From: Candidatus Oleincola secundus
GTDB lineage: Bacteria; Atribacterota; Phoenicimicrobiia; Phoenicimicrobiales; Stramentimicrobiaceae
Assembly (NCBI GenBank): GCA_018400815.1
Contig: JAGYLS010000021.1
Coordinates: forward strand, 1-25,326
DNA: 25,326 nt
Direction of reading: 5' to 3'
This document shows, in pieces, positions 1-8,248 of the stretch. How positions within the stretch are numbered: position 1 is the first letter of the stretch; each line of letters begins with the position of its first letter. Below the pieces are notes generated by a model. That model saw only the letters and a program-made list of their open reading frames with translations, was not told where the DNA came from and did not search any database. The translations under genes were made by a program, and so were the position numbers.

Positions 1-127
1 TTTTGATTTATTTCCTGATTTACAATATACAATAGAACCAGTTTTTTATCAATCTTTTTTTATCAACACTTCTAAGCTGGATAATCATTATTTTAGAATC
101 AGCATCTAATTTTGCCAGTCCTCTAGG
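1..127 (-). pseudogene. Truncated, frameshifted MazF/PemK toxin remnant (paralog of 2574-2921)
   Basis: Reverse strand reads PRGLAKLDADSKIMIIQLRSVDKKRLIK, nearly the same as SRGLANLDADSKIMIIQLRSVDKNRLLKK of the intact toxin. It then shifts frame in an A run and has a 7-bp duplication (tacaata x2 at 21-34). The 5' half is missing and the 3' end runs off the window. Confidence 0.85.
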
Positions 128-166
128 AAAACGAAACTAGTGAACTAAAAAAATCTAAGTCTTTTA

Positions 167-200
167 TTGCTTTTTGAATGTGATTACATTATAATTACAT
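167..200 (+). promoter_or_regulatory. Sigma70-type promoter with overlapping putative TA operator
   Basis: TTGCTT (167-172), 17 bp, TATAAT (190-195). Overlapped by near-palindromic ATGTGATTACAT and a second ATTACAT half-site. Confidence 0.65.
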
Positions 201-230
201 AAGAAAAACAAATAATAGAAGGTGGTAGAA

Positions 231-479
231 ATGAAAGCAACAATAATTCCTATAGGAAATTCAAAAGGGATAAGGATACCAAAGACAATATTGGAGCAAT
301 GCAATATTTCTGAAAAGGTATCTTTAGAAATAAAAGGAAACTCTATTATCATTAAACCAATTAAAAATACACCAAGAAAAGATTGGGATAAATATTTCAA
401 AATGATGAAGGATAAAAAAGAGGATAGGTTGATGATAAATGATCAGGTTGATTTAGAAATGGAAGATTGGGAATGGTAA
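231..479 (+). CDS. AbrB/MazE/SpoVT-family antitoxin
   Basis: IGNSKGIRIPK swapped-hairpin motif and acidic tail (DLEMEDWEW). ATG at 231 follows GAAGGTGG. Overlaps the downstream toxin. Confidence 0.9.
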   Translation: MKATIIPIGNSKGIRIPKTILEQCNISEKVSLEIKGNSIIIKPIKNTPRKDWDKYFKMMKDKKEDRLMINDQVDLEMEDWEW

Positions 480-796
480 TTAAACAATATGATATATTTT
501 TAATATCTCTAGACCCTACTATAGGTCATGAAATTAAAACAGTTCGTCCATGTGTGGTTATTTCTCCAAATGAAATGAATGATCATATATCTACAATTAT
601 TATTGCTCCTATGACCACTCAGTCACATTCTTATCCAACCAGGGTTCCAATTGATTTTGAGGGTAAAAAAGGTTGGATTGTTCTAGACCAGCTCCGAGCT
701 CTTGACAAAAAAAGATTTGTAAAAAAGCTGGGAAAATTGGATAAAGAAACTATTATCAATGTAAAAAGGATAATACAAGAAATGCTGGTAGAGTGA
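473..796 (+). CDS. mazF: MazF/PemK-family endoribonuclease toxin
   Basis: LDPTIGHEIKTVRPCVVIS, IIAPMTT and DQLRALDKKR motifs. Confidence 0.92.
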   Translation: MVIKQYDIFLISLDPTIGHEIKTVRPCVVISPNEMNDHISTIIIAPMTTQSHSYPTRVPIDFEGKKGWIVLDQLRALDKKRFVKKLGKLDKETIINVKRIIQEMLVE

Positions 797-1290
797 TGCA
801 AGATGCAAGATGTAAAAGTTACGAGTTTCGAGTTGCAAGTTAAGAAAGTTACGAGATGCAAGGTGCGAGATTCAAGGTGCAAGATAAAATTAGTCGATAG
901 TCGTTGGTCGTTAGTATTTAGTTTAATACAATTAAATTCAGTAATATGTAACCAGTAATGAGCAAGACAATTAACCAATGAACTAATTATACTGGTCTGC
1001 CGGTCTGCCAGTCACCCGGTCTTCCAGTCTGTAGGTCAGGCAATCACCAATCGCCAATCTACAATCACTAGTCAAGAAAAAAAACAAAAAACAAATAATC
1101 AAGAATCAAGGCAATTTACCAGTTTACCAGTTTACCAGTTAAATTACAGTATTCAGTATCGCGTATCGGGTATCGAGTCGAAATATAATAAAGGCAATTT
1201 GCTGGTTTACCAGTTTAACAATTAATAAGAAGGGTTTTCAGTTGCCAGTTTACGGTTTTCAGTAAAAAAGATGAATACAATTTACTAATT
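795..1290. repeat. Spacer of concatenated 7/8-bp tandem-repeat modules
   Basis: Successive imperfect runs: GATGCAA/GTTACGA (795-883), TAGTCGT (891-923), CCGGTCTG (992-1040), CAATCAC (1041-1075), TTTACCAG x3 (1113-1140), AGTATCG (1148-1180), GTTTTCA (1234-1264). Confidence 0.9.
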
Positions 1291-1453
1291 CAAAACGTAT
1301 TGCGTGGAAATAAAAAAAACAATTCTATAAGTGTTCCAGTCCATTATTTTGCAATACGATAGATAATTAAAAATAAATTTCTATTCTTTAAAAATGTTTC
1401 TATTAAATGTATAATGATACAGAAGTAAACAAAAACTAAATAACTGTTAATAT

Positions 1454-1864
1454 TTGAACTTATTTGACAAGGTGGTGTTTAAAATTAAAACGGTCAGAGA
1501 TTTAAGTTTAAAAGAAATTCAAAGATATCAGAAGTTTTATAAAGAACAGGAAAAGAAGAAAAAAGAAAAACTACAGCAAAGATATTCCCAAGCATGGTCC
1601 ATAGCAAGGAAAGCAGCCAAGATATTGTATCAGGAGTACAAAGCTCAAAAAGTTGTTGTTTTTGGGTCATTGAGAAATATTGAACTTTTTAGTGAATGGT
1701 CTGATGTTGATATTGCTGTATTGGGTATTAAGCCTGAATTGTATTATAAAGCGGTAGCGAGTGTAATTTCGTTAAGTCCTATATTTAAAATAGATGTTGT
1801 CGACCTTGATGATTGCCAAGAATCATTAAAAAAGGCAATTATAAAAGAAGGTATAGTTTTATGA
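1454..1864 (+). CDS. Minimal nucleotidyltransferase (MNT) antitoxin of an MNT-HEPN pair
   Basis: VVFGSL...SDVDIAV and KIDVVDL Pol-beta NTase motifs. ATGA overlap with the HEPN gene. Exact start uncertain. Confidence 0.88.
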   Translation: MNLFDKVVFKIKTVRDLSLKEIQRYQKFYKEQEKKKKEKLQQRYSQAWSIARKAAKILYQEYKAQKVVVFGSLRNIELFSEWSDVDIAVLGIKPELYYKAVASVISLSPIFKIDVVDLDDCQESLKKAIIKEGIVL

Positions 1865-2314
1865 GTAAAAAGTATCTTGTTTTAAGTCAGAATATTAACA
1901 ATGAATTAGGCGAAATTAGCAAAACTGTTCAAAGAGCAAAAAAGGCCTGGGCTTTAGCTTTAGACAAAGATGATTCCTTATATTTGGATAGTGTGGCATT
2001 AAGTTTGCATGATTTTTATAATGGATTAGAAAGAATATTTGAACGAATTGCAGAAAATGTTGATGAATTTAAACCTAGTAGTATAAATTGGCATCAAGAA
2101 ATATTAAAACAGATGACTATCGAAGTCCCCATAAAAAAGCTCAGGAAGTTACAAAGCAAAATGCTCTGCAATAATTTCATTTATTAGAAATGTATATTCC
2201 CATAATTTCAGAATAGATAAGATGAAAAACTTGATAGGAAAAATCGATAAAGTATTTAATGAAGCAGAAAATAGTCTTCAAGTCTTTAGCAAATTTTTAA
2301 AGAGTACACAATAA
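1861..2314 (+). pseudogene. HEPN (HepT-like) RNase toxin disrupted by a 56-bp foreign segment
   Basis: N-part LHDFYNGLERIFERIA...WHQEILKQMTIEVP stops at 2187. The native C-terminus FIRNVYSHNFRIDKMKNL...KSTQ* resumes in another frame (stop 2312-2314). 2130-2185 is identical to 2555-2610. Confidence 0.82.
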
Positions 2315-2378
2315 TTATTTACTAATTATAAAATACAGTTACCAGCTTTCGGTTAAAAAGACATAATATTTAATCAAC

Positions 2379-2420
2379 ACATAGGTAACACTTTTGATTC
2401 AAGACATAGGTTACATTTTG
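2379..2420. repeat. Direct repeat ACATAGGT(A/T)ACA(C)TTTTG x2, 25-bp period; possible IS-end remnant
   Basis: acataggtaacacttttg (2379-2396) and acataggttacattttg (2404-2420). Confidence 0.5.
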
Positions 2421-2573
2421 CAAGATTGCAAGAATGGAATAATGCAATGATGTAAGAATGTTAATTCAGGAAAACCAATTTATTGGTTACATGTGAATGG
2501 TTGAATAAAGAAAAAAATCTTGTATTGATAATAGAAGGATATAGGTTTCATCAACATAAAAAAGCTCAGGAAG

Positions 2574-2921
2574 TTACAAAGCAAAATGCTCTGCAATAAT
2601 TTCATTTATTCTTTGATTTATTTCCTGATTTAGAATTGATCCAATTTTTTTTAATAATCTATTTTTATCAACGCTTCTAAGTTGGATAATCATTATTTTA
2701 GAATCAGCATCTAAGTTTGCTAATCCTCTGGAAATAAATACTTCAAAAGGATAGACATTCTTTATATTGGAAGATAATGGAGCAATAGTTACTAGGGGGG
2801 AGAATTGATTATGGATATCATTAGAAAGAATGATTGCAGGCCTCTTTTTCTTGGTTTCATGGCCAATCGTAGGATCAAAATTAACCAGGTATATTTCACC
2901 TTTTTTAGGATATGCCGTCAT
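2574..2921 (-). CDS. mazF: MazF/PemK-family toxin
   Basis: KGEIYLVNFDPTIGHETKKKRPAIILS, IAPLSS and QLRSVDKNRL motifs. Confidence 0.92.
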   Translation of the reverse strand: MTAYPKKGEIYLVNFDPTIGHETKKKRPAIILSNDIHNQFSPLVTIAPLSSNIKNVYPFEVFISRGLANLDADSKIMIIQLRSVDKNRLLKKIGSILNQEINQRINEIIAEHFAL

Positions 2922-3132
2922 TTATTGTTCCTTTCAGATTTTTATTCTCCTGGGCAATTTCCTGATAAGCTGATTGATAAGCCTTGATAAGATTTTTCTT
3001 TTTCATTTCTTTTAGCTCTTTTTCTATTGTTTTGGCAATGAATTTACTTCGATTTCTATCGGGAATATCTTTTCTAAGTGAATCAGCCAATTCTTTAGGC
3101 AAAGAAATAGTTACTTTTACTTTATTAGGCAT
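2905..3132 (-). CDS. Ribbon-helix-helix (CopG/MazE-like) antitoxin
   Basis: KVTISLPKEL...RSKFIAKTIE RHH pattern. Upstream of and overlapping mazF. Inverted repeat TTGAC-N6-GTCAA upstream at 3182-3197. Confidence 0.85.
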   Translation of the reverse strand: MPNKVKVTISLPKELADSLRKDIPDRNRSKFIAKTIEKELKEMKKKNLIKAYQSAYQEIAQENKNLKGTINDGIS

Positions 3133-3295
3133 AATATATCACCATCCATAAAATACTTCTATTTATTACATAATAACATGCTTGACTTATATGTCAATTT
3201 AATAATAAGAGTTTTCAGTTTACGGTTTTTGGTAAAACAATTTAAGAAATATGTGATAAAATAATATAAAAAATATATTGTATTGGAGTTCGAAT

Positions 3296-3514
3296 ATGAA
3301 AAAAAAGAGACAATTTACTGTGCTTATTGAAAAAGGCGAAGGCGGATACTTGGTTGGAACTGCTTTAGAGCTAAAAGGGTGTCATAGTCAAGGAAAGACA
3401 ATGGAGGAGCTTCTTGCAAATATGAGAGAGGCAATTGAATTATGCCTGGAAGTTCAAGGAGATAGTGAGCCTTATATTGAAGAGATAGTTGGAATTCAGA
3501 AAGTTGCAGTATGA
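3296..3514 (+). CDS. hicB: HicB-family antitoxin (short form)
   Basis: FTVLIEKGEGGY...LKGCHSQGKTMEELLANMREAIELCLE. Confidence 0.88.
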   Translation: MKKKRQFTVLIEKGEGGYLVGTALELKGCHSQGKTMEELLANMREAIELCLEVQGDSEPYIEEIVGIQKVAV

Positions 3515-3732
3515 GTAAATTACCAATAATGACCGGATTGGAAATTGTAAAAAGATTAGAGAAAAAAGGATTTATAATAATTAGACAAAAAGGAAGCCAT
3601 GTTTTTCTAAGACATAAAAATGATAGTAGAACAACTGTTGTACCAATACATAAAGGCAAGGATGTTGATAGATCTTTGCTTAAAAAGATATTAAATGATA
3701 CAGAGTTGTCTTTTAAAGAATTTGCGAGGTAA
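3511..3732 (+). CDS. hicA: HicA-family mRNA interferase toxin
   Basis: LEKKGF..IRQKGSHVFL...TVVPIH. ATGA overlap with hicB. Confidence 0.9.
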   Translation: MSKLPIMTGLEIVKRLEKKGFIIIRQKGSHVFLRHKNDSRTTVVPIHKGKDVDRSLLKKILNDTELSFKEFAR

Positions 3733-3764
3733 CAAGAATCTGTATCGAATGTCAAATACATTAA

Positions 3765-4005
3765 AGGATAACAAGTAACGAGTGAGAAGCGAATGATTAA
3801 GTTGTCACGGTGCAAGTTTCAAGTTAAGAAAACTGTTTTCAGTTTCCGGTTCTCAGTATTCAGTAAAAGGATCAATCCAATTAAGTATGTCAAAATGTAT
3901 CGAGTAGAAAATTCTATCATTAAATTAAATTGTATTATTTCCAGTAAACTGTTGCATGCTTTTGAACAAATCAATCAATTAACTAACGAAACGAATTAAC
4001 CAATG
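3765..4005. repeat. 7/8-bp module spacer
   Basis: GGTGCAA/GTTTCAA run (3808-3826), GTTTTCA/GTTTCCG run (3833-3865), AATTAAC-type run near 3968-4003. Confidence 0.7.
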
Positions 4006-4011
4006 TATCAA

Positions 4012-4040
4012 TTGGCAAATACAAAAGAATATGGTAGAAT
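4012..4040 (+). promoter_or_regulatory. Sigma70-type promoter
   Basis: TTGGCA, 17 bp, TAGAAT with TGn extension, upstream of the AGGAG RBS of 4081. Confidence 0.55.
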
Positions 4041-4080
4041 ATATTAGAATATTTAATATATTTTTATCAGGAGAAAATAA

Positions 4081-4323
4081 ATGGCAAAAGTAATTACTTT
4101 AAGATTATCAGAAGAAGAATATAAAATGATAGCTGCCGCTGCCAGGACAGAACGACGTCCTATTTCTAATTTTATCACTGCTAAAGTTATGGAAGACATC
4201 GAGGAATCATATTATGTTGACCCGATAGAGATGGACCAGATTAACTCAGACAAAAAACTGATTGAGAAGATGAAAACAGGACATCATGAAGCCTTGGAGA
4301 AGAAAGGCAAATTTGTTGATTAA
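4081..4323 (+). CDS. RHH-type antitoxin
   Basis: VITLRLSEEEYKMI..AA....ISNFI RHH pattern. Overlaps the downstream toxin. Confidence 0.78.
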   Translation: MAKVITLRLSEEEYKMIAAAARTERRPISNFITAKVMEDIEESYYVDPIEMDQINSDKKLIEKMKTGHHEALEKKGKFVD

Positions 4324-4594
4324 GTTTAAAATATTTGAAACTAATCAGTTTATGAAAGACCTTGAAGGAGATTTTAGCGGCCAGCAAACCAGGATAATAA
4401 GAAAACTTCACCATTATGTATACCCCCAAATTAAAGCTAACCCTTATTATGGAAAAAATATAAAAAAATTAATTAATTACCAACCAGAAACCTGGCGTTA
4501 CCGGATTGGGAATTATAGATTTTTTTATGAGATTGAGGATAAAGAAAAAATTATCTATTTGATTGCTGCAGACAGTAGACAGAAGGCTTATTGA
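4313..4594 (+). CDS. RelE/ParE-family toxin
   Basis: FMKDL...NPYYGKNIKKL...TWRYRIGNYRFFYEIE...IYLI. Probable TTG start at 4313 or 4316. Confidence 0.87.
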   Translation: MLIKFKIFETNQFMKDLEGDFSGQQTRIIRKLHHYVYPQIKANPYYGKNIKKLINYQPETWRYRIGNYRFFYEIEDKEKIIYLIAADSRQKAY

Positions 4595-4615
4595 TTTGCA
4601 AGATGCTAGGGAAAT

Positions 4616-4732
4616 ACAATTTACCAATTAACCTATTCACCAGTTTACCAATTAAGAATCAATAAAAAATAAGAATCAATCACTGGTCACCAATCAAAAT
4701 AGTATCAAGTATCGTGTATCGGGTATCGAGTC
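4616..4732 (+). repeat. Block A copy 1 (117-bp direct repeat)
   Basis: Matches 5575-5691 with 3 mismatches by eye. Confidence 0.92.
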
Positions 4733-5166
4733 AAGATAAAATTAAAGAACAAATACAGAGAAAAAAGACATTTTCAGTAAAAGTTGCAAGTTAAAAGAAA
4801 AATGATGATTCCTACTAAATACAACTTCTATCAACATTTTAGCGTTGATGGTTTTTTAATTTCTTTTACCACACACTCGATACTGGCGACTCGATACTTT
4901 TTTATAAATGGATGAGAAAGACATTCTGTGTTGATGGTTTTCAGTTTTCTAAAAAAATGCAAAACCAATGAATCATTAAGTTGTAAACGAGAAGATTTAT
5001 GCTAAACACTAAAAAAAACAGAAATATTTTATGTTATAATTAAAATAGGCCTTTATTTCCTCTATTGGTCTTAAATATGATTATTCCATAAAAATAAATA
5101 AATATAAGATATTTTAATATACATTATTAAAGATAAATTTATCTTAAGTAAAAAAAGGTGATAAAA

Positions 5167-5383
5167 ATGATATTTAGAGTAACTGTAGAGAAAGATGAAT
5201 CTGGTTATTATGTTGGAGAAGTGCCAGCTTTACCGGGATGTTTAAGTCAAGGTAAATCCATTGAAGAATTAAAGGTAAATATTGCGGAAGCAATCGAAGG
5301 TTGGTTAGAAGTTATGAATAGGAATTTTAAAGAAATTAATTAAGCAAGCTGGTTTGAATATTGATCAATTTAACAATTTATAA
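5167..5383 (+). pseudogene. hicB: hicBA operon with internal deletion: HicB N-part joined to a HicA C-terminal remnant
   Basis: HicB motif VPALPGCLSQGKSIEEL..NIAEAIEGWLE (stop 5343). A second frame at 5321-5383 reads GILKKLIKQAGLNIDQFNNL*, typical of a HicA C-terminal helix. Confidence 0.78.
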
Positions 5384-5465
5384 AAAAAAGTAATACCATA
5401 TTAAATTTGCTTCAATGAAACCGAAAATACGATAGTTAAAAATAGTATCAAGTATCGGGTATGTA

Positions 5466-5524
5466 GTATCGAGTCAAAAGACAAAGAAAAAAAGTCTGCC
5501 GGTCTGCCAGTCACCCGGTCTACC
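5466..5524 (+). repeat. Block B copy 1 (59-bp direct repeat)
   Basis: Matches 6536-6594 with 1 mismatch. Looser similarity extends on both sides. Confidence 0.9.
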
Positions 5525-5574
5525 GGTAATATAATCACTAATCAACAATCGCCAATTACCAGTCAACAATTAAA

Positions 5575-5721
5575 ACAATTTACCAATTAACCTATTCACC
5601 AGTTTACCAATTAAGAATCAATAAAAAATAAGAATCAATCACTGGTCACCAATCAAAATAGTATCAAGTATCGCGTATCAAGTATCGAGTCGAAATATAA
5701 TAAAGGCAAATTGCTGGTTTA
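5575..5721 (+). repeat. Block A copy 2, overlapping block D copy 2
   Basis: 5575-5691 matches 4616-4732. 5667-5721 matches 1155-1209 (55 bp, 3 mismatches). Confidence 0.9.
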
Positions 5722-5916
5722 ATGTAAAAAAAAGCAAAAAAAATTAATTATTAAATTGTATAGGTTTTGACTAAACAACGATGACAAAATATTGCATGTG
5801 AATTTACTAATAAATTTTGATATTATTGACATAGGAATCTTATTATGGTATATGTAAGAAAGTAAGAAATTATTACTATAAGAAAATATGATATATAAAA
5901 AATATAGGTGATAAGT

Positions 5917-6186
5917 ATGGCATTAGTTCAAATAAGAGAAAAATCACAAATAACCATTCCGAGTAGTATACGAAAGGAATTGGGAATTAAAAAGGGTGAT
6001 TATTTAGAAGTAATTAGAGAAGGTGATCGTATTTTACTCATTCCTAAAATAGTTGTTGATAAGAATTCGGTAGTATTATCGAGAAAAGGAGAAGAATATT
6101 TAAAAGAAGCTTTAAATGATGTCAAAGAGGGGAGAGTTAGGGACAGTAATAATGTTGAAGAATTATTTGATGACCTGAAAAGTTAA
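5917..6186 (+). CDS. AbrB/MazE/SpoVT-family antitoxin
   Basis: KSQITIPSSIRKELGIKKGDYLEV motif, with C-terminal EALNDVKEGRV...VEELFDDL. Confidence 0.87.
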   Translation: MALVQIREKSQITIPSSIRKELGIKKGDYLEVIREGDRILLIPKIVVDKNSVVLSRKGEEYLKEALNDVKEGRVRDSNNVEELFDDLKS

Positions 6187-6194
6187 TTTATAAA

Positions 6195-6452
6195 ATGAAA
6201 TTAATTTATACTAATAGTTTTAAAAAAGATTATCAAAAACTTTCTAATGTAATTCAAAATAAAACTAATCAAAAAATAAAATTACTTGTTGAAAATCTTT
6301 CTCATCCTTCATTAAGAGTAAAAAAAGTACAAAAATACCCGGGTATCCTTGAAGGTACTATCAACAAAAATTATCGTTTATTGTTTCAAATAACTTCTGA
6401 TGGGATAATTTTGCTGAGAATTGGTAAGCACGATATTTTAGAACAAATTTAA
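6195..6452 (+). CDS. RelE/YafQ-superfamily toxin
   Basis: YTNSFKKDYQKL...HPSLRVKKV...YRLLFQ...LLRIGKHD. Confidence 0.82.
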   Translation: MKLIYTNSFKKDYQKLSNVIQNKTNQKIKLLVENLSHPSLRVKKVQKYPGILEGTINKNYRLLFQITSDGIILLRIGKHDILEQI

Positions 6453-6535
6453 TGACTAACACCGATCACTGGTCAACAATTAAAATAATTTACCAATTTA
6501 CCAATTAAAATACAGTATTCAGTATCGCGTATCAG

Positions 6536-6594
6536 GTATCGAGTCAAAAGACAAAGAAAAAAAGTCTGCCGGTCTGCCAGTCACCCGATCTACC
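6536..6594 (+). repeat. Block B copy 2
   Basis: Matches 5466-5524 with 1 mismatch. Confidence 0.9.
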
Positions 6595-6741
6595 AGTCAG
6601 ATAATCACCAATCGCCAATTACCGTTCAAAATAGTATCAAGTATCGCGTATCAGGTATCGAGTCCAAAATACAATGAAATACAAGATGAAAACAATAAAA
6701 GTTGTTTTCGAACGTTGGTTGCCAGTTTAGAGTAAAAAGAT

Positions 6742-6853
6742 GCAATCTATAATTTACAAATTAACCAATTAATGAGAACGGTTTTCTGTTTACAGTTAAA
6801 TACAAGATAATTCAATTTACCAATCAAAAGCGTATATATTATAACGTATAACG
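6742..6853 (+). repeat. Block C copy 1 (112-bp direct repeat, upstream of cysQ)
   Basis: Matches 7896-8007 with 1 mismatch. Confidence 0.93.
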
Positions 6854-7024
6854 TGACAATATAAAAAAAAGAAAGTCTGCCTGCCAATTTAAGTTAAATC
6901 ATCAAAAAAAAGATAAATAATAATTTGTTTTTGTTGGTATCATAAGTGTAAACTATTGATATATTCAAGTATTGAAGAATGGCAATTGGCAAAACAAAAT
7001 TATCAATATTTCAGAGGTAAGGTA

Positions 7025-7849
7025 ATGTTAGAAGAGGTATACAAAAAGAAGAAAGACATTTTTGAGGTTATCAGAAAAGCAGGGGATGAGATACTAAAAG
7101 TTTATTCAGGTAATGATTTTCAAGTGGAAACAAAGAGTGATAAAACACCGCTAACACTTGCCGATAAAAAATCCAATGAAGTAATAGTAAATGGTTTGAT
7201 TAGATTATTCCCTGAGCTGCCGTTTTTATCGGAAGAAAGCAAAAAGACAGCTTATCAGGAGAGGAAAGGATGGGAATATCTATGGTTAATTGACCCTCTG
7301 GATGGAACCAAAGAATTCATAAAGAAAAATGGAGAATTTTCCATTAATTTGGCTTTGATAAAAGATGGTAAGCCAATATTTGGGATACTTTATTTGCCGG
7401 TTTTAGGATTATTTTATTATGCCGGAAAAGGATATGGAGCTTATAAAATAGAGAAGAACGGCAAAACAATTTGTTTGAAACACGAGAAATATAATAAAAA
7501 TGATGTTAATAGAAATATTAGAGTCATTTTTTCCAAATCACATTATAACCAGGAAACAAGGGATTATGTGGATAGGATAAGAAAACAATATTATAATACT
7601 GAAATGATATCAGTAGGCAGTGCTATGAAACTGGCTTATTTAGCTGAAGGGAAAGCTGATCTTTATCCACGGTTGGCAACAACTATGGAATGGGATATTG
7701 CTGCAGGCCAGGTAATATTAGAGGAATCTGGCGGAAAGGTACTAGACTTTTATAAAAAAACCCCGCTAATATACAATAAAGATGATTTAAGAAATCCCTG
7801 GTTTGTGGCATTTGGGAACAGTAATCAGTATCGTGTATCGAGCATGTAG
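7025..7849 (+). CDS. cysQ: 3'(2'),5'-bisphosphate nucleotidase CysQ
   Basis: KSDKTPLTLAD, LSEE, WLIDPLDGTKEFI, GSAMKL, YPRL..TMEWDIAAG motifs. Likely ATG at 7025 (ORF open from 6956). Confidence 0.93.
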   Translation: MLEEVYKKKKDIFEVIRKAGDEILKVYSGNDFQVETKSDKTPLTLADKKSNEVIVNGLIRLFPELPFLSEESKKTAYQERKGWEYLWLIDPLDGTKEFIKKNGEFSINLALIKDGKPIFGILYLPVLGLFYYAGKGYGAYKIEKNGKTICLKHEKYNKNDVNRNIRVIFSKSHYNQETRDYVDRIRKQYYNTEMISVGSAMKLAYLAEGKADLYPRLATTMEWDIAAGQVILEESGGKVLDFYKKTPLIYNKDDLRNPWFVAFGNSNQYRVSSM

Positions 7850-7895
7850 TATCGAGTTGAAAATACAGTAAAAAGTAATAAGTGATAAGTAATTG

Positions 7896-8007
7896 GCAAT
7901 CTATAATTTACAAATTAACCAATTAATGAGAACAGTTTTCTGTTTACAGTTAAATACAAGATAATTCAATTTACCAATCAAAAGCGTATATATTATAACG
8001 TATAACG
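7896..8007 (+). repeat. Block C copy 2 (downstream of cysQ)
   Basis: Matches 6742-6853 with 1 mismatch. Confidence 0.93.
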
Positions 8008-8248
8008 GGAAAAAACAAAAAAAGAAAGTTGGCTAGTCTCCCGGCCTGCCGGTCACCCTATATAATACAAGAAAAAACAAGATGCATAAAACAACTTAAC
8101 TTCCTGCAATGACGGGGAGGGAAAGCCCTACATTTTTACTATAATTACCTTCAAAGAAATTGGGTTTTAAGGTTAAATAAAAAGCTATTGTCTTTGGAAA
8201 GCAAAATATTATCATTATAGCAAAATAACATATTATGTTAATATAATA

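Noticed and set aside
631..978. 115-aa minus-strand ORF (also 3793-3999, 8096-8350, 8767-9054, 15739-16053)
   Set aside because: Translations of repeat modules or antisense overlap, with no family motifs.
1813..2187. 124-aa ORF as a complete protein
   Set aside because: The true start is likely 1861 and the C-terminus comes from the duplicated 56-bp segment; treated as a disrupted HEPN gene.
5826..5868. Promoter for the AbrB-RelE pair at 5917
   Set aside because: TTGACA and a GTAAGAAA direct repeat are present, but the -10 at 17 bp (TATATG) is weak, so it is not called as a feature.
4616..8007. Diversity-generating retroelement TR/VR pairs
   Set aside because: The duplicated blocks are non-coding, have very few mismatches, and no reverse transcriptase is present.
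795..8060. CRISPR array
   Set aside because: No constant-length repeat with unique, evenly sized spacers; no cas genes.
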